A stretch of 64,000 bases of DNA from Nemertoderma westbladi. Lineage: Eukaryota > Animalia > Xenacoelomorpha. The first letter of the stretch is position 1, and every line of letters starts with the position of its first letter. The stretch lies in assembly GCA_032718475.1 (NCBI GenBank), contig JAUCBJ010002979.1, positions 1,566 to 65,565 on the forward strand, read 5' to 3'. Of this stretch, positions 51,616 through 64,000 are shown piece by piece. The notes beneath the pieces were generated by a model. The model worked only from the letters and a program-made list of their open reading frames with translations, searched no databases and was not told the DNA's origin. The position numbers were made by a program, and so were the translations under genes.

Positions 51616-52470
51616 TTAAGAATGCTGTGCCGGCTTATCGACAAAATTGCGCCGCCACAACTCCCTATCACCCATGACATTTGCTAGATCATCCGCATTT
51701 TCAAGGCCAGTGTCCTTTAAGATGCGTCTTAAGAAAGTCATGGGCTGTCCACCATGCTTATTCACTCCATGAGGCTGCCAAAGTACAAGATTATGCACTG
51801 GCTGGTCCTCACGGCGAAAGCAATGTCCTGCAAAGCGGAGGCGATTTTGTTCTAGTGTCAAGCTTGGGAGAACCAATGAAACACCTCCAATGTTATATAG
51901 TGTCTGGTTGGAGATGAGTGCATTGTACTTGACACAATGAACCCGGCGTAGCATTCTTGTGAATGTGCCATCCAGAGATTTGGTGTCCTCAGCAGTTAGA
52001 GCCCAGCATGGAATCCCATAGAGGAGTACTGGAACTACTGCTGCTCTAAATAATCGGACCTTAAGTTTCCGATTAATTCTCGGTGACTTCCAAATCCTGG
52101 AAAGCCTATTCAAGGCTGCCCATGCCTTTCCCTTACGTATTCGAAGGTCCCTCACCTGACATCCGGATCCATGATCCCAGGTAACAGAAGTCATCCACAT
52201 GCTCAAGCATACCATCTTTTGAGCTTATGCTCATCCGATCAGAGACTTGCTGAGGACTTTCAAAGTTAACTGTCAAAATTTTGGTCTTTCTGGAGTTAAT
52301 AAAAAGACCAACGCTAGAAGCAGCATGTTCTAATGTGCTGAGGAGCCGTTGGGCTCCCTCTAGTGATTCTGAGAGTACTCCTAAGTCATCAGCAAAGTCT
52401 AGATCAGTTAGGTACTTGGCAGGATTTCCTCGACTTCTGGAGCCAGTAGGTGGAGTTATCATCACCCCAT
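51616..52470 (-). mobile_element. RTE-clade LINE fragment, reverse-transcriptase C-terminal half, frameshifted
   Basis: LTDLDFADDL (RT YADD motif), GLFINSRKTK and VDDFCYLGSWI, then a frameshift near 52140 into RIRKGKAWAALNRLSRIWKS...LLYG...RLRFAGHCFR. Confidence 0.85.
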
Positions 52471-53216
52471 CATCATTATGATGATCTAAGGACATGCGTA
52501 GAACAGATTGTACCAAAACATAAATGAAACACAAAAATTTATCAACCAACTTAGGGACTTTTATCCAACGTTTATCCCAACTCGTGTTGTCTCCTGCACA
52601 CGTACAGTACGTGGTGGAATTTGTCCTCTGATTAAAGAGCATCCATAAAATCCTTTTTTTCACATACCGAACGCTGATAAGTTGACATAATGTAACAAAA
52701 TTACATACATCTTTGAGTGCAAAGGTTAATTACTTTTCAGATTTATAAAAAACCTTGTTTACTTATGTAAACCTCGCACGCTGCTCTCGCTCGGTACATA
52801 AATACACTCCGGTCACAAGCACAACGCTGTAAAGTGCTACTTTGCACACAATGATGTAAATTGTTATTCGCCACTAATTGAATGCCACCCCAAATTAGGT
52901 GATTTAACACCAAAATAAATTATTTTCCACCAAATATATAATTTTTGTAGCATCAATTCACATCCCCCAATATTGAATATCCCTCTCACCAAAAACAATT
53001 ATCATCCCCCAATAACAATTATTCGCCCCCCAAAAACAATTATTGATTCCCCAAAAAACAATTATTCATCCCCCCAAAACAATTATTATTCCCCAAAAAA
53101 CAATTATTATACCCCCAAAAACAATTATTGATTCCCCAAAAACAATTATTCATCACCGAAAAATAATTACTTGTCAACCAAAAAAAATTATTCCAGCACC
53201 AAATATTTTATATTAA

Positions 53217-54348
53217 CCCTATTACCACTGGGGGGGGGGGGGGGGGGGGGGGGCGAATCGGCCCCTTCCTAGTTTTTAATTTAATTTTTAATTTAATTGG
53301 TACCAGCCCAATTTTTTACGAGAATTTTTCAAATTTAATGGCGCATCTTTTGCAAAAAACGGCGTTGCAATTAGATTTCAACTTTTCGATGTTGGTGCCA
53401 CCTCAAAATTTGGTCCCCAGCAGAAATTTTTTTGAAATTTTCGAATTTTACAAGGTCATTTGTGAGTTAGAAATTTTTTATATAGGGGCTTTTTTTTATT
53501 GATTCTGATTTGTATGGAGCACTCTACTACTCTATATAAGTATGTAAGGGACGTGGTACGTAATTTTTGGTGCACTATAATTAGGGCGTGGCACTTCAAA
53601 CTTTCAAAATTGCAATATTCGTTAAATACTCCGAAGTTTTGATTTCAACGCATTTTTATGGTTTTCTGGCCCGCTTAATCGATTGAAAGTAATATAGAAG
53701 TCTCAATTCTCAATGGTACATCATTTTTGGTGCACCAAAATTAGGGCATGGCAAGTCTTGCTCAAAATCAACTTTGCTTTATTTTCGGAATCTCGTATTT
53801 TTCCATATTTGAAGTGCCATGCACCCTAATTTTGGTGCTCCAAAAAGGACGATCCACTAAGTCTTCAGGCTTCGATAATATTTGCAATCGATTCAGCGGT
53901 CCAGACAACCTATAAAAACGCGTTGAAATCAAAATATGGGGAAATTTTCCGAATATCGTATTTTTCAAAATTTGAAGTGCCACGCCCACTTCTTAGGTGC
54001 ACGAAAAATAGCATCCAGTTCAATTTTTGGAAATGGAATATAATCACATTCGATTCAGCGTAGTGAAAAACCTACTAATGCTAGCCAACAATGGCACACT
54101 ATCAGTTTTTAGAATATCAAAAAAATGTATATTTTGTCCTGGGACTACTTATATTTTTCATGAAAATTATAATACCCACCTTATGAAGTTTTCATTTTTT
54201 TGGATTTGAAAATGTTCTTCGATAATTTTTTCACCTTCAACCCAAATTTCGTAGGATTTTATTGGATGATTACAAAAATACAGCGAGGGGGCCGAATCGA
54301 CCCCCCGCCTGTGCTGCTAATGGTCTAAACATCCCAGTGGTAATAGGG
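53217..54348. mobile_element. Non-autonomous piggyBac-type element, TTAA TSD
   Basis: TTAA|CCCTATTACCACTGGG...CCCAGTGGTAATAGGG|TTAA. Confidence 0.88.
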
Positions 54349-54379
54349 TTAAAGTAAAAAGTAAATTTTCTTCGGCCGC

Positions 54380-54630
54380 TAGGCCAGGGATTACGCACAA
54401 AGTCTTACGACTTATTTCCAGTGCGGTCCCCCCAGAACTTTACTCCCCAGAGGAAACTCCAGTACTCATTTAGCTACCACTTAAGGATGCAAGGCAGAGA
54501 TGCGCCCTGGCTGGTCCCTTTAAAGCATTCGTGCCGAAACGAAAACTGCCCTGGCCCATGTGAGGATCGAACCCACGACCTACAGGAGATGTGAATTCAA
54601 TGCAACCACTACACCAAGGTGGAACCCAGG
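54380..54630 (-). mobile_element. tRNA-derived SINE with a Deu/Nin-like core
   Basis: A box TGGTGTAGTGG and B box GGTTCGATCC, then CTCTGCCTTGCATCCTTAAGTGGTAGCTAAATGAGTAC, which resembles the recalled Nin/Deu conserved domain. Confidence 0.55.
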
Positions 54631-55860
54631 TTAAATCCTGGTATTCTTCACATGGGCGTATGCTTCAGTCTTCAGTTACAGTATTCCTGCCGATAGGCTG
54701 TATTGGGCTTCCGTAGTTATTACGTTTCGTACCGATGCAGCGATGTACGTACAGTATTACTGTATTAGCAGATTAGGCCTACTTCAGTTTCAGTATTCGT
54801 ACCTATAGGCCTATTGCAGTATTGCATATCTATTATTGTCTATGGCCTATTACTTTTTCTGTTATTAGGTTTCAGTATTACGGCAGTACTGAAGTTTTTG
54901 TCTAACTTCCAGGAAGTGCAAGGCCTATTGCTCTGTTGCTGCAGTAGTACTGTAGTACTGTAGTATAGCCTAGTCTGTAGTATTTATTTTGGGTGATTAG
55001 GCCTACAGGATTATGTATTTATTTTGGGCAAAAATGTGTTTGTTTTGGGGGAATATGTATTTATTTTGGGCGAAAATGTACTGGTATTTGTTTTGGGGGA
55101 AAATGTATTTGAAAAGGTATTTCTGTATTTTATGCTGAAGTGTATTTGTTTTGGGGGAAAATGTATTTATTTTGGGCTAAATGAAATGTAGGTATTTCAG
55201 TACGGTATTTGTTTCTTGGCAGTTTGGGGGAAAATGTATTTGTTTTGGGAAAATTTGTAATTATTTTGGGGGTTTTGGCATTTATTTTGGTGCTAATAAT
55301 TGGTTTTGGGAAGCATTTATTTATTTTGGTAGGCCCCTATTGAATAATTGGTTTTGGCAGTTTGGTGTTGAATAATTTTTTTTGGTTTTGAAAAATTTAT
55401 TTTGGCTGTTTGGTGTTTGAATAATTTTATTTGGGGTGACTTTATTTAATTTGGTATAAAATAATTTTTTTTGGTGAAATTTTCATCAATTTTGGGATGA
55501 CTTTAATTGGTACCGGTAGCCATTCCATTGCTGCATTGTTATTATTGCCATTGTGTTTTTATTGTTCTTTTCCCGTTTTATGAAACAAAACTTATCAGAT
55601 GTTATTCTGTTATTGTACCATACTGCCAGACTGAACTGCTGCAGTACCGGTCAGCCGGTAGTTGTAGTAGTAGCAGTAGGCCTACTACTAGCTGTAGCTG
55701 ACTAGAAGTACGGTACAGATTTAGGCCTTGTATAACTGCTGAACTGTGAACTGTAGAAGTTAGTTCTCTAGCTAGTTCTGTTTCTGAACGACTGAACCCA
55801 ATTTTACCGACTTACTGCTTTACCGTACTGTCGTACGCGTGCGTAAAGACAGACAGGGTT

Positions 55861-56085
55861 ATGGGGAGGAAGAATAGAGTTGCTCAGCAGACAAACTCCC
55901 GCCGTCGACCTGTGCTAGATCTGGGAGGAGCGACAACTGGCACCGGTACTATTGGGAGATCGAATAATCTGTCAGCTCCATTTGGAATCGTTGACGATTA
56001 CGGTACGGGCAGTGATTCCGACTCGGAAAAACGTATTAATGTCAATGTTGATGAAATTGACTCAAAATTGTCTGAATTCTTGGCT
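55861..56085 (+). CDS. FNBP4: Formin-binding protein 4-like, exon 1
   Basis: MGRKNR...RRRPVLDL, DDYGTGSDSD and EIDSKLSEFLA|gtaagt match recalled human FNBP4 MGKKSR...RRPILQL, GAYADSDDD and DIDSTLANFLAEI. Confidence 0.85.
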
Positions 56086-56731
56086 GTAAGTATGAAGTAC
56101 CGGTGCGGTGCTGTCAGCGTGTCAGGCAGTTACGAGTTATAGTATCATTATTATTATATAGCTGTATAGAGTTATCGTATAGGCCTACCCAGATACCGGC
56201 AACCGGTCTGCCGGTAGCAAAAAATAGGACTATAATTGTAATAAGTAACCCAGTAAACTATGTTATTGAGTTAGGCCTATCGTTTATTGTTTTGGTTTGA
56301 AAACATCGTCACTGTAACCTGCTCCAGGCTCTTTTTACCACAGGTACGCATATGAACGATAACCACAATCACAATTAGTGCGATGTGTGAAATGTTATCC
56401 CTATCCGCAACCTGGGAAACGGCCCAAAGAGCAGTTTATTTTGCTGATGATGGTTATAATAAATATAATATCTATAATACTGTAATATAATATAAATAAT
56501 AGATATAATATATAACATTAAATAGTCGTAACTACAGTATCTTAAACGGTAGGGTATCGATTTTTCTTTTTAGGCTTTGAATTATTTTTAATTATATTTT
56601 ATTTCTGTGTTTAATAGTATATGAATTGGAGTTGAGCTGTTAATGCAACAAACTCTATTAAAGGTGTAATATTATGGTTTTGTTCAGAAATGGAAAAAAA
56701 TTAGAAAGCGCTTCACCGGGGGTTGAACCAG

Positions 56732-56772
56732 GGCTATACGTACGTTTCAACCTATCAGGCCTCATCAGTACC
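56732..56772 (-). ncRNA. Second hammerhead-like motif, between tRNA-type A and B boxes
   Basis: GGUA-CUGAUGA-GGCC(UGAUA)GGUU-GAAAC-GUAC-GUA^UAGCC. Core intact, stem I weak or bulged. Confidence 0.6.
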
Positions 56773-57206
56773 GCTAACTAGTTAAGCCACTTGTCCCTGA
56801 CATTCACTCTCCCACCTAATCCACTTCTATTGAACGGGCAATCTTAAGTTTCAATCCTGATTTGTTCTTCCTGATTGTATTTTAATTTAATTAAAGTTGC
56901 ATTAACACTAACAGTTCCACTCGAATTAATTTAAATAGGCCTAATTTTATGTTATTTTTAATTCGATTGTCTATTAAAAACCAATCCACAGTTGGTTTTG
57001 GCGTTCCGTTAATGCATCATCTTTTAATAGTTCATTTAACCCTAAATACTGACTAGTTGTATATATTAATTTCTACCTAATGACAGTGCTTTATCTTGTA
57101 CCGGTACTCTAACGGGCCGTGTTAAACTTTTGTTTATTGTTTTGGTTCCTTCCACCCGTATCTGTTTCCTGCTCCTGTATTAACCAATTGACTGTGTTAA
57201 TTTTAG

Positions 57207-57358
57207 GAGATTGAAAATATAGATGAAAATGATCCCACCAGTGCCGGTACTTTAGCTGAAAATCCTAAATCGCAAACAGCGTCGGATAAACTGCGAGCAG
57301 AGTCAGATATCGCCAAACCTAAAGGGAATTCTATTGAGGAATTTGAATGGCAAGAATG
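57207..57358 (+). CDS. FNBP4: FNBP4-like exon 2
   Basis: ttttag| acceptor, |gtgagt donor. Encodes EIENIDE...EFEWQE(C), the start of the WW domain. Confidence 0.8.
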
Positions 57359-60300
57359 GTGAGTTAACTTTAACATTATCTATCGCCTTGGTGGGATAAA
57401 TATTTCTCCATTTGACGCAACACCGCCGCGGCCGCTATGAGGGAGGTGAATACCGCGGCCGCTCCTAAAGCCGCAGGCCATCGCTAACTATATAGGTTAA
57501 CTTGGGATTCTGGGGGACTTTTCGATGAAGGAACAGACCAATTTTTTTTATTTTCTCACCAGAGGAGCGGCTCGGAATTCTAAGATATTAGCAACTCTAA
57601 CATTATTAAATCTAACCCTTCGACGGACACGGCGGACAAAAAACCGTCATTTTTTCGACAATTTTAAAATTTTTTTGAAAGGCGCTCTACAGTGGCTCGA
57701 AAAAACCCTAGGTTATTGCTTAGCCGACGCCGGGATACGATAGAAGTGATTAATTAGTGAATTCGTTTTTTTTTTCAAAAAAGATTACCACGCCTTTTTT
57801 CCGAAAATGTCCGTCAAAGTTGAAAAAACTGACAAAATGACTTTGCGGGATCCGCTATAACTCGGCTAATATTAATCGTACGGGGACGAAAGTAACGCGG
57901 TTGGAAAGGGGAAGAGTGGTACTACCTTCGTATCGAATGGGGGTAAGATATTTATTACAATTTCGGGTGGAAAAAGGGGCTGTAAATTTGTACGTTTTTG
58001 TCAGTCTTTTTTGGAAAACTTATTTCCGAAATGTTTAATTCGACAACGCGGGTAGGAATCCACTAATTCTTTTATGAAACTCGTAGAAGACCATTGGGGC
58101 TACGTTCCTATCGAATGGGGGTAGAAAAAATATGTCGGCAATTGGGGCCAAAAAGGGCCAGAATTTGTAAAGTAGTTTTTATCGAATAATTTTTTATTTT
58201 TAACTTTAGTTGGTTAAGGTACATTCTATACAGTCAATATCCATACGGGGAATTCAAATATGCTATCGGTTTTGCTCCAAGGATGATATTAAAAAAATGA
58301 GGCCCAAAATTATAATTTCGCGCTTCAAACTTGCTTCGCGGGAAATCGTCTAGCTCGAAAACTACTTAGCTTACGGGAGATTTGTTTACACAGACTTATA
58401 GTGCGTTAAATTATCTATCTAACAGCGTTAATCACAGCGCCGGAGGTATTATAAAACTGGAGCGGCAGGCGATCGTGTGAAATATAATATTTATAAAAAG
58501 GGACGAAACATTTTTTTTTTAACAAATCGCTATTCCATTATAATTTAGCGTATTGCGCCAAAAGTACCTGTAAAAAGTATCAAATTAACTCCGCTATCTT
58601 TTATCTTAACATATATAATTAAAATTACGAATTTTAAGGGTCGAAAAATATCGCGTTATTTTGGCCCTTTTTTTTAATTTTTTTGGGGCCAAAAATAACC
58701 CCTTCTCAAAAGATTAAGAAAAAAATTACGGCAAAGAATATACCAATTTTATGGAATTTGGACCACCAGAACCGAAGTTAGAGCGATTTTAGTGAAAAAA
58801 TAAAAATAATTTTTTTGCAAAAAAATTAAGAATGGTCAGGTCAATATTGGATTTCGAACCCGCGAACTTAGGTTTCATTAACGTGATTGATAACCACTAG
58901 ACTATGTGACCAAGTGAATTTGAAATTTTCGAGTGACTAATTTTAAACATCAATAACTTCGGTTCTACTGGGCCGTTTAATCTGAAACTTTTTTCATTGG
59001 ATAGAGGATAGATTGTAGTGTGTGAAATAGGATAAAACTTGGGAAAAGACTTATGTGCACTTAGTGCAAAATGCACTTAAATAGTGAACATTTTTTCTAT
59101 ATTTCAAACACTGTTATTTCCAGTTCTATTCATCGTAGAATGTTATTTTTTGGATTAAAATGTAGTTTGGAATGATTTCTAACTATAATCGTAACATTTG
59201 TTTAACTTTTTATGTATATAAAGTGACTTAAAAATGTCCATGAATATGGTCCAAAATCGCAAATCCAGATTTATTAAATTGGATTTTTGACACTTTTAGC
59301 GACTGTCACTTGATCATACACCATCGTAGATCGGTAGAGGATAAACATAAGTTTGTTAAATAAGATCCACCATTACGATCTGCTAAAGTGCATTTGTACA
59401 AATAAGTGTGCAAAAGTGCAAATTTTTTAATAAGGTCAAATTATATAGTATTGGGTTCTTTTCTTTGCAGATACTTTATTTTCATATTAATATGTTGTTT
59501 GAACCTTACTGAGCGCATTAGGGGATATGCGTACAAATAACCGGCCCTTATGAGGCGTCGATTGGGTAAATTAATAAAACATAAGGTTGTATAGTATACT
59601 ATTCTAAAAACCAGTGTGATATTAAATGCACTTTAAATAATAAATAGAAATCAAATAACAATTGGACCACACAATTAAAAACTCGTACAATTTTGTACTT
59701 ATTATATCGCTTCAAATTATTTCAACAGTGGATATTTGTGGGAAGGGGGAAGTTACAGTGTGCATTCGGGGGAAGTTTGGTGAACTGCATTTATGCAGTG
59801 AATCCAAACTTCCCCCTTTGATATATCATATACTTAAGACATGCTAGGGTGACGGGGAAATATTTGTTACTGTCACACTTTGCTTCCATTTATCCTATCC
59901 TTTATTATTACCCCAGTCAGATAAGAGATAATAAATCAGTAAAAACTAAACTAAACTGTCTTTCATGCAAACAAATTTCTAACTAAAGACGGGTGAATGA
60001 CCATGACCATGGAAATAATTTTAAATATAATTGTATATCAACTACTTGGGGAGGCTTCCAAGTTAAACCCGAAAACAATTATTTTGTTACATATATAGTA
60101 AATAACGTTGTATGTTCTTCTTCCTCTCATAAGAAAATATAAATGAAATATCTCAGATAGCTATGCCCTGTAACATTTCACAACCAAAATATTTAAGTGT
60201 GAAAAGTGTAGGCCTACCACACTCCGCCCAAACAACCGCAAACGCATAGCCAACAAATTTAACAAAAGGTTACATACATGTTGGGTTCATGACGAGATGA

Positions 60301-60483
60301 GTGAAAATTGATCGCGTAATATAAAGTAAAAAATTAAGAGACGGGCTGGCTCTCCTCCACTTTCTTACCCAATGGATATGTTGTTGTAATAATCTAATAT
60401 TGGGGCGGCTTTCTCTCGGTGCTTTACAGTAGTTTCTTTAAATGTTCTAGAATATTATATTATCCCTACGTTTTTGTTTGCAG

Positions 60484-60605
60484 TTACGACGATTCAGTTG
60501 GACACGTTTACTATTGGAACACTGTCACTAACACTGTGCAATGGGGAACACCCTCAACCTACCGACCAATAGATTCTACTAATAATTACCATTTATCACT
60601 ACAAG
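60484..60605 (+). CDS. FNBP4: FNBP4-like exon 3 (WW domain)
   Basis: tttgcag| acceptor, |gtatgt donor. Spliced WQECYDDSVGHVYYWNTVTNTVQWGTP matches human WQEVWDENTGCYYYWNTQTNEVTWELP. Confidence 0.85.
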
Positions 60606-62004
60606 GTATGTCTTCGGTAGAAAAACTCTTGTTTATTTTAATATTAATACCTACGTTGTTCCTAGAACCTCTTTCATTAGCGGTTCCGGTACCACAGTAA
60701 CTCAGTTACCTAAATATTGTTCATATATTTGATAAATTAGCTACTTATTTATATTATACCGATACTTAATAACATTTTTTTACATTTTCTACAAATTCGT
60801 TCTAAATAAAATATACCACGGTAGATAATTTATCTTTATTAATGATTATTTTCATAATTCAGTGTTTTTGTTTAATTTTCTTACTAATTATCGGATTGGG
60901 GCAGATCGTATTATATTAAAACTTATTAATTCCATTATGTTTTTGATCTGATTTCACAAACGCAGGTAATATTCGGGTGAGGCGGTGGTTTATTCAGTAA
61001 GTGTAAGTAAATAAATAGCATAATTCCGTTACAGACGTGTACAACTCAATATTCTAGAATTCTGCTATGGGACTTCCCAGGGTCAAGTCTGGCTTATATA
61101 TTTTATCTAATTTCTAATTTTTTTTCATTTTATCCTAAATCTATTTTTCACACATTTTAATAAATTTCTCACTAAATTTTCAATGTCGACAATTACGACT
61201 CATCAGACTAAACTTAATCACGGCAATACTATTTGATATTTGGCGCGTTTAGAACCAACAAATCGCAACCAGTGAACTGCAATTCAATGCAACTGGAATC
61301 AGCTCAGTGCGACACTGGGTGTGTATCCCACTGGCAGCACATCCGTACCTGTAGTTGTAGTTGAACTTATGTAACCCAACCTTTTCCTTCTATTGGTTAA
61401 TTGCAACTGATAGCTAACTGTTATTTTAACAAATTCTGCACAATCGGAAAGTGCTGGCAGTAATCGGTCGGCAGTTCTCCAGTCTGCCGCTAGATTATCT
61501 TCCCCTTGTCCTTCATCTTAATTTGGTTAATCGAAATCTTTGAATATAATATGTACTAACTATACCACATTGATGTGTCTTTGTGAAGGTGATCGGTCCC
61601 AATGCTAAATGATAATAATACTAAACGAATTACTATTAAAAAAATAAATCACCGGGCCGCACGCAGTCCGTGATATTTCTCTAAATATTTATTTGGGTGA
61701 ATTTTTCGAGAAAATGTAGTGAAAAATTGTTAATATATAATATTATTAAGGCGAAAAATATTTCCCTTTTTGTAAGAGACTAAGATATTTTCCTCAGTGA
61801 AGTAAAGGAAATCCAACCAACATAGAGTTGGCGCTTTATTTATAGACAACAGTTTGAAACTAATATGCCTTACTTTGACAGACTTGAAAGTAGTGTGTTG
61901 CGTGTGATAGTGGCAATATAGTAACCCGTAGATGGGAGTGTCGACTCGACATACATGGTAGATCATATCGGTGACATCGAAGGTAGTTTGTGTTAACGGA
62001 CAGC

Positions 62005-64000
62005 GGCATTGACAATCGTTGGGGGTGGGGGGCATTGACAATCGTTGGAGGTGGGATGGGGGGCATTGACAATCGTTGGGGGGCGTGGCATTGACAATCG
62101 TTGGAGGTGGGGGGCATTGACAATCGTTGGGGGTGGGGGGCATTGACAATCGTTGGGGGGCGTGGGATTGACAATCGTTGGAGGTGGGATGGGGGGCATT
62201 GACAATCGTTGGGGGGCGTGGCATTGACAATCGTTGGAGGTGGGGGGCATTGACAATCGTTGGGGGTGGGGGGCATTGACAATCGTTGGGGGGCGTGGCA
62301 TTGACAATCGTTGGAGGTGGGATGGGGGGCATTGACAATCGTTGGGGGGCGTGGCATTGACAATCGTAGGAGGTGGGATGGGGGGCATTGACAATCGTTG
62401 GGGGGCGGGGAGTGGGGCATTGACAATCGTTGGGGGATGGGGGGCATTGACAATCGTTGGGGGTGGGGGGCATTGACAATCGTTGGAGGTGGGATGGGGG
62501 GCATTGACAATCGTTGGGGGGCGTGGCATTGACAATCGTTGGAGGTGGGGGGCATTGACAATCGTTGGGGGTGGGGGGCATTGACAATCGTTGGGGGGCG
62601 TGGGATTGACAATCGTTGGAGGTGGGATGGGGGGCATTGACAATCGTTGGGGGGCGTGGCATTGACAATCGTTGGAGGTGGGGGGCATTGACAATCGTTG
62701 GGGGTGGGGGGCATTGACAATCGTTGGGGGGCGTGGCATTGACAATCGTTGGAGGTGGGATGGGGGGCATTGACAATCGTTGGGGGGCGTGGCATTGACA
62801 ATCGTTGGAGGTGGGATGGGGGGCATTGACAATCGTTGGGGGGCGTGGCATTGACAATCGTTGGAGGTGGGGGGCATTGACAATCGTTGGGGGTGGGGGG
62901 CATTGACAATCGTTGGGGGGCGTGGCATTGACAATCGTTGGAGGTGGGATGGGGGGCATTGACAATCGTTGGGGGGCGTGGCATTGACAATCGTTGGAGG
63001 TGGGGGGCATTGACAATCGTTGGGGGTGGGGGGCATTGACAATCGTTGGGGGGCGTGGCATTGACAATCGTTGGAGGTGGGATGGGGGGCATTGACAATC
63101 GTTGGGGGGCGTGGCATTGACAATCGTTGGAGGTGGGATGGGGGGCATTGACAATCGTTGGGTGGTGGGGTGGGGGGCATTGACAATCGTTGGGGGGCGT
63201 GGCATTGACAATCGTTGGGCGGCGTGGCATTGACAATCGTTGGGCGGTGGGGCGGGGGGCATTGACAATCGTTGGGGGTGGGGGGCATTGACAATCGTTG
63301 GGGGGTGGGGCGGGGGGCATTGACAATCGTTGGAGGTGGGATGGGGGGCATTGACAATCGTTGGGTGGTGGGGTGGGGGGCATTGACAATCGTTGGGGGG
63401 CGTGGCATTGACAATCGTTGGGGGGCGTGGCATTGACAATCGTTGGGGGGCGTGGCATTGACAATCGTTGGGGGTGGGATGGGGGGCATTGACAATCGTT
63501 GGGGGGCGGGGAGTGGGGCATTGACAATCGTTGGGGGGCGGGGAGTGGGGCATTGACAATCGTTGGAGGTGGGATGGGGGGCATTGACAATCGTTGGGTG
63601 GTGGGGTGGTGGGGTGGGGGGCATTGACAATCGTTGGGGGGCGTGGCATTGACAATCGTTGGGCGGCGTGGCATTGACAATCGTTGGGGGGTGGGGCGGG
63701 GGGCATTGACAATCGTTGGGGGTGGGGGGCATTGACAATCGTTGGGGGGTGGGGCGGGGGCATTGACAATCGTTGGGGGTGGGGGGCATTGACAATCGTT
63801 GGGGGGTGGGATGGGGGGCATTGACAATCGTTGGGGGGCGGGGGGCATTGACAATCGTTGGGGGTGGGGGGCATTGACAATCGTTGGGGGGCGTGGCATT
63901 GACAATCGTTGGGGGTGGGATGGGGGCATTGACAATCGTTGGGGGGCGGGGAGTGGGGCATTGACAATCGTTGGGGGGCGGGGAGTGGGGCATTGACAAT
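62005..64000 (+). repeat. G-rich minisatellite with a near-invariant GGCATTGACAATCGTTGG core and variable G-run linkers; runs off the window end, inside an FNBP4 intron
   Basis: Unit ~23-32 bp. Linkers are drawn from a small set (GGGTGGG, AGGTGGGATGGGG, GGGGCGT). Confidence 0.93.

Larger units (their letters stand above)
52875..55510. mobile_element. Degenerate foldback element (CCCCAAAAACAATTATT-type subrepeats on the left, inverted TTTTGGGG-type on the right) hosting the piggyBac element and a SINE
   Basis: Mirror-image low-complexity arms at ~52880-53210 and ~54980-55505. Termini are imprecise. Confidence 0.45.

Noticed and set aside
48115-58915. tRNA genes at ~48.1, ~54.6, ~56.7 and ~58.9 kb (also 24.9 and 36.1 kb)
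   Set aside because: A/B boxes are present but acceptor or anticodon stems do not form properly. They are treated as SINE-type heads.
57375-59640. Probable transposon-derived block in FNBP4 intron 2
   Set aside because: Termini, TSD and coding remnants could not be defined by eye.
61175-61212. Third hammerhead candidate (minus strand CUGAUGA-GUCG..CGAC)
   Set aside because: GAAA does not directly follow stem II and no stem I/III was found.
61730-63999. 668-745-aa Pro-rich ORFs in all three minus frames
   Set aside because: C-rich repeat lacking stops. Being open in all frames points to a composition artefact.
62005-64000. CRISPR-like look (constant repeat plus variable spacer)
   Set aside because: The spacers are short reused G-runs, not unique 25-45-bp sequences. 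There are no cas genes and the context is a eukaryotic intron.

Overview
This window is eukaryotic DNA from an AT-rich invertebrate metazoan, not a prokaryote. I reconstructed three spliced genes by hand with phase-consistent GT-AG junctions: a CCDC83 orthologue (+, 8 exons, 2091-28841, 5' end not found), an unrecognised ~818-aa low-complexity protein (-, 7 exons, 48519-35065) and the 5' part of FNBP4 (+, from 55861). An intronless, divergent presenilin-family gene (22368-23720) is nested on the same strand inside CCDC83 intron 5. The most striking pattern is in the kilobase minisatellites. Three arrays (3.0-6.7, 9.0-15.9 and 40.8-46.8 kb) are ~100-140 tandem copies of the exon 3' end plus the 5' splice site of the intron they sit in. 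A fourth (26.1-28.6 kb) starts 24 nt after a donor and carries GTAAGT in most units. Other features are two minimal type I hammerhead ribozymes joined to tRNA-like Pol III promoter boxes, a 5'-truncated CRE-like retrotransposon inserted in one donor array, an RTE LINE fragment, and non-autonomous DNA elements with clear TSDs (Tc1/mariner, IS3EU-like, piggyBac, MULE, P-like). Most long ORFs in the supplied track are repeat artefacts. Homology calls come from recalled protein sequences and motifs, not from database searches.
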